Source of the DNA: Planctomycetota bacterium
Lineage (GTDB): Bacteria; Planctomycetota; GCA-002687715; CAIWVZ01
Assembly: GCA_044222185.1 (NCBI GenBank)
Contig: JBGANV010000004.1
Location: 64,001 to 128,000 of the forward strand
Direction: 5' to 3'
Length of the DNA: 64,000 nt
The notes under the pieces were generated by a model, which had not been told where the DNA came from, did no database searches, and saw only the letters and a list, made by a program, of their open reading frames with translations. This document shows positions 1 through 8,055 of this stretch, piece by piece. Position 1 is the stretch's first letter; each line of letters begins with the position of its first letter. The translations under genes and the position numbers were made by a program.

Positions 1-2
1 TC

Positions 3-329
3 GGTGACGGCGGAGTCTATGCGTCGCTCGAAGACCTGCGTCGGTGGGACGCGGCGATCCACGACCACACGCTCCTGGGCGCGGCGCAGGACTCGGTGTT
101 CGTGTCGAACCGCCTGACGGATGGATCGCCCACCGGCTACGGGTTCGGGTGGTTCCTCGATTCCCTCGACGGCCACGTGCGCCAACGTCACACGGGTTCG
201 TCTCGCGGCTTTCGGCATGCGATCCAGCGATTCCCCGACGAGCACCTGACCGTGATCGTCCTCACCAACCGCGACGAAGGCGAGCCGCAAACGATCGGCA
301 CCGCCGTGGCGCGGATGTATCTGCGGTAG
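3..329 (+). CDS. Serine hydrolase (beta-lactamase/AmpC-like family), C-terminal part; 5' end lies outside the window
   Basis: Frame 3 is open from the window edge and reads GDGGVYASLEDLRRWD...YGFGW...HTG...GF...LTVIVLTN, the typical C-terminal motifs of this family. Confidence 0.85.
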   Translation, partial: GDGGVYASLEDLRRWDAAIHDHTLLGAAQDSVFVSNRLTDGSPTGYGFGWFLDSLDGHVRQRHTGSSRGFRHAIQRFPDEHLTVIVLTNRDEGEPQTIGTAVARMYLR

Positions 330-372
330 ACGCGCGCGGCGCGCAGAAGTCGCCGCGCCTTCCTCGACGCGC

Positions 373-567
373 GGAGCGCCGCGTTTCACGCGGCCGGACG
401 GCAGGGCTCCAGCCATGCCTCGCGGGTGGAGAGGCCTCTCGGTCGCAACGAGGCCATCGCAGTCACCGGGCGCAGTCCGACAGCGCGCGGCCCCGTGGAA
501 TGGCTTGGAGCTGACGCCATTCCGGCGAGGCGGAGCCTCGCCAGCCGGCCGCGCTGGAGCGCGGCGC
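373..567. repeat. Cluster of REP-like GC-rich palindromes between convergent genes
   Basis: Hairpins gccgcgt-ttc-acgcggc (378-394), ggcgaggc-gga-gcctcgcc (524-542) and gccgcgct-gg-agcgcggc (548-565). Segment 545-567 matches 26475-26497 at 21/23 nt. Confidence 0.6.
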
Positions 568-600
568 GCCGGCGCGCAGTGCGAGCTCTCTGCGAAATCC

Positions 601-2565
601 TTACGGCGTGATCGTGATCGCGACTGGCGTCGACGTGAATGCGGGCGACGTCGTCGTCACGAAGGCGAAGTAGAGCGTGATGGGAGCGGGAATCGGGCCG
701 ATGTCGGGCAGGACGAACTGCGCCGTTGCCTGCCCCGTGGCGCTCAGGGCGCCAGCGAAGTTCTGGAACATGGGGCCGTTCATCGACTGGAACACGAACG
801 ACGTGACGAAGTCGGCGGTCAGCGGAATCACCTTCCGGTCGGGCAGCGTGATCCCGGGCGTCACGCCGGTTGCCGACGCGCCGATGACGAACGGGCGGTT
901 CGCGGCGACCGTCCCGCCATTCAGCGTCAGGGTGACGGTTCCGCCCGTTCGCGGAATCGTCGTCGCCGAGGCCGTGAGGCTGTTCGCGTAGGTCGCGGTC
1001 TGGTTCGTTCCGCGCAGGATCCACGGCGACGGATCGAGAGCCACGGCCGAGACCGTTCCATTCGTCGGCAGGATGAAGTCGTCGCGCGTCTCGTCGACCC
1101 ACACGATGCTCGTCGTCTGGCCCGACGGCGTCGTAACGCGGACATCTACCGGGAACCGATACGGCAACCCGGCGTGCGTCTGGTTGATGTTGCCGACGAC
1201 GTACGTCTGCCCGTTCAGCGTCCGGTTCGTCCACCCCAGGCTGAAGCGCGGTGCACCCGTCCGCATCACGCACTGATCGATGAACCACGTGAGGTCTTCG
1301 CCAAGCGTCGCCGACGCGCTTGCGGTGAAGTCGAGCCACGTCGCGCTCTGGTACTGCTTCTGCGCCTGGTAGTTCCGCAGGATCTGGAAGAAGACCGTGT
1401 CACCGACGATGTGGCGCAGCTGGTGGAGCACCCACGCGCCTTTGCGATACACGTTCGTCGTGCTGAAGATCGTCGAGGTGCTCGTCGCGTTCACGACGTA
1501 CACGCTGCTCGTCGACGTGGGATTCGTCGGCTTGTTGGCGTTCATGCGTGAGAAGTAGGTCGTGACTCCGCCGCCCGGCTTGAACTCGTCCCACAGGGCT
1601 TCGCAATAGGTCGCGAACCCTTCGTTCAGCCCGATGTCGTGCCACGTCGCGCACGTGATGCTGTTACCCCACCACGAGTGTCCAAGCTCGTGCGAGCTCA
1701 AGTTCTCGCTGAAGTTCAGCTGGCTCGTGAGCGTCTGGTGCTCCATGCCGCCGCCCCAGTTGAACTGGACGATGCCGTACTTCTCGTTGGCGAACGGATA
1801 CTGTCCGAACAGCGTCGAGTAGGTCTGCATCATCACGGTGATGTTGTTCATGTTCGACTGCTCGGCGGCGAAGTTCTCCGGGTAGGCGTAGAACGTCACC
1901 GGCGTGTTGGCGCCGAATCCCGTGTACGTGTCGGTGCGGAGCGAGTAGTCGGAAGCGGTGATGGCGATGCCGTACGTCGCGATCGGGTAGTTGCTCGACC
2001 AGCGGTAGCGCTTCTTGCTGCCCGGGACGACGTCCGTGCCTTGCAGCAGGCCGTTCGACGTGGCCGTCAACGTATCGGGAACCGTGATCCACGTGGAGGC
2101 GAGGAACTTGTCGCTCGTCGTCTCCTTGCACGGCCACCAGGTGTAGGCATAGAACGGCTCGGAGAGCGTGGAGATCACGGGCGTCCCGCCACCGTGCGAC
2201 GAGAACGTGAACGAGCCGAAGCCCGCGGCGGATGCCGGGTTGCCGAAGTAGTGCAGGGCGACGACGAAGATCTCGTTCTGGTTGTACGCGCGGTCGAGCG
2301 TGATGAGGACCTGGTTCGTCGGGCGCGTGAACGTGGCGGGGATCCCCCCGGAGGTCACGTTCGAAACTGCGAAACCGCTGTCCAATTCGAGAGTGACGCT
2401 GGTGAGACCGTTCTGCGTGCTCTTGAACGTCCACGTGACGTCGCCCGTGAGCGTCTGCAGCGCGGGATCGATCGTGACGTCGAGCAGAACGGTCTGGGCG
2501 TCGGTTGGGTCTTGTGCGAATGAACAGACGGCGAGCAATGCGGCGATGAGGACGGCACGCGTCAT
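601..2565 (-). CDS. Secreted M1 family zinc aminopeptidase with extra C-terminal beta domain
   Basis: Signal peptide; GGGMEH (GxMEN-like) motif; HELGH...LNEGFATY zinc motif; YRKGAWVLHQLR. Confidence 0.9.
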   Translation of the reverse strand: MTRAVLIAALLAVCSFAQDPTDAQTVLLDVTIDPALQTLTGDVTWTFKSTQNGLTSVTLELDSGFAVSNVTSGGIPATFTRPTNQVLITLDRAYNQNEIFVVALHYFGNPASAAGFGSFTFSSHGGGTPVISTLSEPFYAYTWWPCKETTSDKFLASTWITVPDTLTATSNGLLQGTDVVPGSKKRYRWSSNYPIATYGIAITASDYSLRTDTYTGFGANTPVTFYAYPENFAAEQSNMNNITVMMQTYSTLFGQYPFANEKYGIVQFNWGGGMEHQTLTSQLNFSENLSSHELGHSWWGNSITCATWHDIGLNEGFATYCEALWDEFKPGGGVTTYFSRMNANKPTNPTSTSSVYVVNATSTSTIFSTTNVYRKGAWVLHQLRHIVGDTVFFQILRNYQAQKQYQSATWLDFTASASATLGEDLTWFIDQCVMRTGAPRFSLGWTNRTLNGQTYVVGNINQTHAGLPYRFPVDVRVTTPSGQTTSIVWVDETRDDFILPTNGTVSAVALDPSPWILRGTNQTATYANSLTASATTIPRTGGTVTLTLNGGTVAANRPFVIGASATGVTPGITLPDRKVIPLTADFVTSFVFQSMNGPMFQNFAGALSATGQATAQFVLPDIGPIPAPITLYFAFVTTTSPAFTSTPVAITITP

Positions 2566-2736
2566 GAGAGATCCTTCGGAAAAACTTGCGGCAAGCGCGT
2601 GTTGGGGAAACGCTTCGAGTCTCGAGGCCGGCGATTGTAGGCGGGCAGGGGCGGCCGCGGCAACAGAAGTCCCTGCTGGTGCGGCGAGAAGGGTCCCGGC
2701 GCCCCGGACGGATCGGCGCCGCTTGCCGCTGCGACT

Positions 2737-4938
2737 CTACTTCGGGCGCGATTCGACGAGGAACACGCCCGACCCGCTCGATCGGCCAGAGACCCGCCAC
2801 ACGCGCCGCTCGGGCCACGCTTTGACGAGTCTCTGCACCGACTCCTCGCTCACGTCCTGCGCGAAGATCGGCCGGTCGGCCGGCAGGGTGGGGTCGTTGA
2901 GTGTGAACGCCGACCAGAAGTCCGCGTTCAGAGCCGCCTTTACCAGCACCAGGTCGTTCGTCAGGTGCTCGGTTTCGACCAGGTTGCGGTAGTCGGCGTT
3001 GAACCCGCGGTAATGGGCGTACCGCGCGATCGACCGCCACGGCATGAAGACGCCGAAGGTCAGCATGCAACACGCCGCGATGAGGACGCCGACGCGCGCC
3101 CCGCCGGCTCCAGCGCTCGCGAGCGTCTGCGCGCCGCGCAGCGTCAGCCAGACGAGCGGCACGATCATCAAGAACCAGTATCGCGCGCCGAAGTCCGGCC
3201 CGCCGCTGAACCAGTAGAGGTGGTAGCCGGCGAAGAGCACGGCGAGCGTGAGGACGAGGAACCGATCGGAGCGCGTCCACCGTCCGCCGATCAGGTGAAT
3301 CGCCGCGAGGAGTAGCGATCCCGCGATCCACCCGAACAGCTCCACGTTCGTCGCGTAGAGGTTCTGGTTCGTGTTGACGAGCACGTCGCGCAGCCCATGA
3401 CCTGGGAACGGATCGAGGTACCCCCACCCTCCCGGCGGATTGCCGACGTCCGCGCCGAACCCGAGCCGGTTGGCGCCGGGATACCAGAGCTTGTCCGTGT
3501 AGGCGTTGATGGGGAACTGCAGCGCGTGTCCCGTCATCGCGTGGTTGTAGGGGAGGATCACGGCGGCAATCGCGATGCAGCCGATGCCGTACGCGATGAC
3601 GCTCTTCCACGGCAGTCGCTCGCCGAAGACGCCGAGGATCCACAGGCCGAACACGCCGCCGACGAGCACTGCGTCGAGCTGGCGCACGAGGCACAGATAG
3701 CCCAGCGCGCATCCGGCGATCAGCGGCCACGCGAGGCCTCCGCCACTCTCGCGGGCCCGCAACAACGCCAGCCACGCGACGAGCATCATCACGAGGGACA
3801 CCGAGTGCGTCATGTACGACGCCGAGAGGAACAAGAACCACGGCGACGCCGCGAGGAGGACGACGAGCGCGTTCGCGAAGCCGCGTCCCACCTGCCGTCG
3901 CGCGACGGCGTGCGCCAGCGGAATCGCCAGCGCGCCGAGGATCGGGTTGACGATCCACGGCACGCCGAAGAACGAGCCGATGGCCAGCACCGCGGGCCAA
4001 CCCGGCGGCGTCGTCGCGAACCACCGGCCGCCTTCCACCGTCATGAGGTAGACGTCGAACGCCTTCGGCTCCGGCGGCGGCGCGCACCAAAGCTGCCCAT
4101 GGGCGAGGCACTTCGACTGGAAGATGTAGGCCAGCTCGTCGGGAATGTGGGGGCACAGCTCGAACACGCGGTGAAACAGGAACACCGCGACGCCGAACAC
4201 GAACGATGCCACGACCCACGGCAGCGCGCGATCGAGGCGTGTCGCGCGATCCTCTTCGCCTGGGAGCGTCATCATCGCGGCAAGTCGCCCGCGAATCTGC
4301 TGGGCCGCATCCGCGGGCATCCGCTCGAAGATCAGCGCGAGGTTCGCGACGTTCAAGATCAGGAACGCGAGCGCCACGGCGAGCTGATAGGCGTAGGCGT
4401 TCGTCGGGAACGCGCCGCGATCACGGGCGATCTGGATGAACTGCGTGATGTTGGCGGCGGCGAAGAGGAAGAGGATGGTCGCGACGACGGCGCGCTTCCA
4501 CGTCAACCACGAGCGGAGGCGACTGTACCAGTGCGGTGCGCGGCCGAGCGCGCGCACGCCGACACAGAGTGCCTGCGCGAGCAGAAACCCGAGGTAGTAG
4601 AGCGTCAACGGGGCTTCGGCATCTCTCGACGGCGCGAAAAGCTCCCATGGTGGCTGCACGTACTGGATCCAGAGCGGGCTCGTGACTCCGAGCTGCCCGA
4701 TCATCCCGAACGCAAGCACGCACGTGCCGAATACGGCTTCCTGCCAACGGGTCCGGATTGCCAGCGCGCCGGCGATCGCGATACCGGCACACGTCCCCGC
4801 GAACCAGACACCGAGCGTTTGCCCACCCCGTGGCAGTTCGTGCGTTGGGGCATGGATGGATGCGTAGACGGCGAACGCGGCTTCCGCGAAAAGCACCAGG
4901 CGTGCAATCAGGGAGCCGATCCGCCTTCCCGAGGTCAT
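2737..4938 (-). CDS. Polytopic membrane glycosyltransferase (GT-C fold, ArnT/PMT-like)
   Basis: Many TM segments; PDELAY (DE motif), PPGWPAVLA, GARYW motifs; lies downstream of a polyprenol-type GT2. Confidence 0.7.
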   Translation of the reverse strand: MTSGRRIGSLIARLVLFAEAAFAVYASIHAPTHELPRGGQTLGVWFAGTCAGIAIAGALAIRTRWQEAVFGTCVLAFGMIGQLGVTSPLWIQYVQPPWELFAPSRDAEAPLTLYYLGFLLAQALCVGVRALGRAPHWYSRLRSWLTWKRAVVATILFLFAAANITQFIQIARDRGAFPTNAYAYQLAVALAFLILNVANLALIFERMPADAAQQIRGRLAAMMTLPGEEDRATRLDRALPWVVASFVFGVAVFLFHRVFELCPHIPDELAYIFQSKCLAHGQLWCAPPPEPKAFDVYLMTVEGGRWFATTPPGWPAVLAIGSFFGVPWIVNPILGALAIPLAHAVARRQVGRGFANALVVLLAASPWFLFLSASYMTHSVSLVMMLVAWLALLRARESGGGLAWPLIAGCALGYLCLVRQLDAVLVGGVFGLWILGVFGERLPWKSVIAYGIGCIAIAAVILPYNHAMTGHALQFPINAYTDKLWYPGANRLGFGADVGNPPGGWGYLDPFPGHGLRDVLVNTNQNLYATNVELFGWIAGSLLLAAIHLIGGRWTRSDRFLVLTLAVLFAGYHLYWFSGGPDFGARYWFLMIVPLVWLTLRGAQTLASAGAGGARVGVLIAACCMLTFGVFMPWRSIARYAHYRGFNADYRNLVETEHLTNDLVLVKAALNADFWSAFTLNDPTLPADRPIFAQDVSEESVQRLVKAWPERRVWRVSGRSSGSGVFLVESRPK

Positions 4939-4941
4939 GAA

Positions 4942-5757
4942 TCAGCGCGACGCGCCAACCGGTTCGGGTGATGCGCTCGCCGCGCCATTCGGCACCGGCG
5001 GCAGTGCGCCCGCCCGCTGACGACGCCACTCGCGCAGCGCGCGCGAGAACCGGAACCGCAAGAGGTTGCGGAAGAACTCCCAGCAGGTCGTCGCCCGCAC
5101 GTGCGAGAGCCCGTTGCCGCGCATCCGCGCGAACACGTTCATCTCGAGGACGCGTACGCCCAGGTAGTGCGACTTCACCATGATCTCCGGATCCAGGAAC
5201 CACTGCTTCGACTGGAGGTCGAGCACGTCGATGACCTGGCGCTGGAGCAACTTCGGCGAGCCGTTGATGTCGATGGACCCGAGCTTGGGCCACAGCATGT
5301 AGACGAAGCAGTTGTAGGCGACCGACACGACCTTGCGCAGAAACCCGTCGAGCCTGAATCGGCGACGAACCTTGCCGATCACCCATCCCTTGCAGAATCG
5401 CACCGCCTCGAAGAGGCGGACGACGTCGTCGGGATCCACCTGGCCGTCGGCGGGAATGATGCCGACCCAGGGAGCCGTGGCGCGCGGCAATCCGCACAAC
5501 ACGCCCCAGCCATAGCCCTGGTTCACGTCGACGCGGTGATGCACCACGTTCATGCCCTTGGCGATGAACTCCTGGATGATGCGACCCGTCCCGTCCTTCG
5601 ATCCGTTGTCGACGGCGACGAGTTCCAGGTTGTATCCGGCCTTCTCGAAGGCGGCGAGGAGCTGAGGGATCGTGTAGACGATCACCTCTTCCTCGTTGTA
5701 GGCCGGCATGACGAACGAGACGTCGGGCCGGCGCGAGGTGTTCGGGGCCGCCGTCAC
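4942..5757 (-). CDS. Glycosyltransferase family 2 (DPM1/polyprenol-phosphate glycosyltransferase-like)
   Basis: VSFVMPAYNEE, VDNGSKDGT, NQGYG, ADGQ motifs. The GTG start overlaps the upstream TGA (GTGA). Only the C-terminal third of the 4942..7329 ORF is real. Confidence 0.88.
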   Translation of the reverse strand: MTAAPNTSRRPDVSFVMPAYNEEEVIVYTIPQLLAAFEKAGYNLELVAVDNGSKDGTGRIIQEFIAKGMNVVHHRVDVNQGYGWGVLCGLPRATAPWVGIIPADGQVDPDDVVRLFEAVRFCKGWVIGKVRRRFRLDGFLRKVVSVAYNCFVYMLWPKLGSIDINGSPKLLQRQVIDVLDLQSKQWFLDPEIMVKSHYLGVRVLEMNVFARMRGNGLSHVRATTCWEFFRNLLRFRFSRALREWRRQRAGALPPVPNGAASASPEPVGASR

Positions 5758-7799
5758 GTGCGAGCTCCGACAGGCACCGTCGCCGGCACGAGCGTGCGGC
5801 GCAGCTCGCGCGCGAACATGGTCCGCGTGAACTTGCCGAGACCCGACGGATGCTCGCCGAACGTGTCGAGCCGCGTCTCGAGCAGCTTGCGGCGCTCCGG
5901 TTCGACGCGCGCGTCGAACACGTGCGGCGTCTCGAACCGGTAGCTCGAGAGCGGGCGCCGCGCGCCGTCCTTGAACCAGGCTTCGACGTCGAACGGCGTC
6001 GTCCACTCGCGCGTATCCGCGAGCGCCGGCCGGAACGGAGCGTGGAGGAGGATCACGCGAAGGTAGTCCGTCACCGCGTCGAGTTCTTCCTTCGTGGCGG
6101 CGATGTTGTGCGATCCGACGACGTCCTCGACGACGTGTTCGAGGAACGTGCACGCGTCCTGGGTCACGAAGAACCGCCCGATCATCGAGTATTTGCTGAG
6201 GAGGTTGCCGCCGAGCGTTCCGTCGACGAGCCCGGCGAAGTTCTTCCGCGCCCAATCGAGGCACGCCTCGCGCGTCATGAACAGCTCGTCCTGGCTCTCG
6301 CGGACGAAGTCGGCGATCACCTGGCGGAAGGCCGCGGGCGCGCGGTCGAGCATCTCCTGCATGCGGATCACGACGTCGAACGGTTTCACGCCGCCCTGCT
6401 CGGCGATGGCGAACGCCTCGTCGAAGTTGCCCTCGTAGTAGTAGATCGTGAGCAGGAGGTGGAAGATGCGCGTCGCGATGTAGTCGTCGAAGCTGAACTG
6501 CGGCGTCTCGACGACCATCTCCTCCGTCTCGACGACGGGTTCGCCGAGCCCGTACTCGCCGATGTTGCGGGCGACGATGCGGAACCGCGTCTTGAACCCG
6601 AATCGCTCGCGGCTCTCCGGATTGCTCAGTTCGGCGCCGTGGAGGAGCATCAGCTGGTGGGCCGAGATGCGCTTGGCGCCCGCGTCCATGAGGTCGCGGA
6701 CGGCCTTCAGGAACGTGGCCTTCGACTCGCCGGGCAGGCAGAGGATGAGCTCGCCGTAAGACTGCATGCCCTGCTCGCGCAGCTCTTCCTGGATGCGGGC
6801 GTAGGTTTCGAGCTTCACGTTCGAGCGCTTGATGTTCTTCAGCACCTCCGGGTTCATGGATTGAACCGCGGCGGTCATGGGCAGGGCGCCCTTGATCTTC
6901 CGCATGACGCGGATGATGCGCTCCGAGTTGTTCTTGCCCGTCGTCGTGCGGATGTACTTGGGCCAGCCGCGCGTCTCCTGGAGCCAGCCGAGGAAGTCGG
7001 CGATCTCCTCGTCGCGCTGATACATGCCGAAGTTGTCGTCCGCGAGGCAGAGCGTGATCTCGGGCCGGATGCGATCGGCGATGTAGAGGAGGTCGCGCTT
7101 CACGTTCTCGATCGAGTGCGCGTTGATGCGGCTGTTCGACTCCACGCCCGAGTTGCAGAACGTGCAGCTGAACGGGCAGCCGCGCGCGATCTGCATCATG
7201 GGGAAGTAGCCCGTCTGGAAGAACGGGTCCATCCAACCGTTCAGGTACGGCGAGGGGATCTCGTCCAGGTCCTGGATGCGGGGGACTTCGGGGCCCGTCA
7301 CGAACCGGTCGTGGGTCGCGTCGATCCAATGGACTCCGGGGATCGGCGAGGCGAGCGTCTGCCGCTTGTCGCCGCCCGTGTCCACGTGGCGCTGGACCAG
7401 ATTCAGGAACGCGCGTTCACCCTCGTAGGTCGGGCCGTTCACGAACGCGTCGATCTCCGCGTTATCGCGCAGGAACTTCTCCTGCTCGATCGGCGTGAGA
7501 GGGAAGTTGGGGCCGCCCATCACGCACAACGTCTCGGGGTGTCGCCGGCGAACGTACCGCGCGAACGTGCACGCGAGGTTGTGGTTCCAGGAGTAGTTGC
7601 TGAGTCCCAGGATGTGCGGGGGCGCGAGTTCGATGGCGGCCTTCAGATCCTCGGGCTCGCGGAAGATGCGGATGGTCGGCATCTCCTGCGCCCGGAGGAA
7701 GGCGAGCGTGTACGTACCGAGGTTCGCGACGCCGAGCGGGTAGACGTCGGAACTGCGCGTCAGTTGGTTGTGACCGAGGTCGGCGAGATAGATGCGCAT
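5754..7799 (-). CDS. Cobalamin-binding radical SAM protein
   Basis: N-terminal B12-binding domain (YPLG, GLSNYSWN, GGPN, YEGE); RGCPFSCTFC CxxxCxxC motif; DDNFG; ATG at 7799 (MRIYLADL). Confidence 0.88.
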   Translation of the reverse strand: MRIYLADLGHNQLTRSSDVYPLGVANLGTYTLAFLRAQEMPTIRIFREPEDLKAAIELAPPHILGLSNYSWNHNLACTFARYVRRRHPETLCVMGGPNFPLTPIEQEKFLRDNAEIDAFVNGPTYEGERAFLNLVQRHVDTGGDKRQTLASPIPGVHWIDATHDRFVTGPEVPRIQDLDEIPSPYLNGWMDPFFQTGYFPMMQIARGCPFSCTFCNSGVESNSRINAHSIENVKRDLLYIADRIRPEITLCLADDNFGMYQRDEEIADFLGWLQETRGWPKYIRTTTGKNNSERIIRVMRKIKGALPMTAAVQSMNPEVLKNIKRSNVKLETYARIQEELREQGMQSYGELILCLPGESKATFLKAVRDLMDAGAKRISAHQLMLLHGAELSNPESRERFGFKTRFRIVARNIGEYGLGEPVVETEEMVVETPQFSFDDYIATRIFHLLLTIYYYEGNFDEAFAIAEQGGVKPFDVVIRMQEMLDRAPAAFRQVIADFVRESQDELFMTREACLDWARKNFAGLVDGTLGGNLLSKYSMIGRFFVTQDACTFLEHVVEDVVGSHNIAATKEELDAVTDYLRVILLHAPFRPALADTREWTTPFDVEAWFKDGARRPLSSYRFETPHVFDARVEPERRKLLETRLDTFGEHPSGLGKFTRTMFARELRRTLVPATVPVGART

Positions 7800-8055
7800 G
7801 CCAGGCCCCGTCGGGGACGTGAAGAACGAATGCGGCCGTCGAGGGGCCGAAAAGCTTACCATCAGGCTCCCTTGACCAGGGGAGGCTCGAACCCGTCGCT
7901 GCCCCCGTCCGATCTCGGACCGTCGCCTGACCGTGGTCTCTTCGTGCGACCGGGGTTGCGATCTTGAATGGCGGCGTCCATTCGGGGGCGGGTCGCGGGC
8001 GCCGATCCCGGTAGACTCCGCGACCATGGTGCTCAGTCAACGCGGCTTCGGCGGG

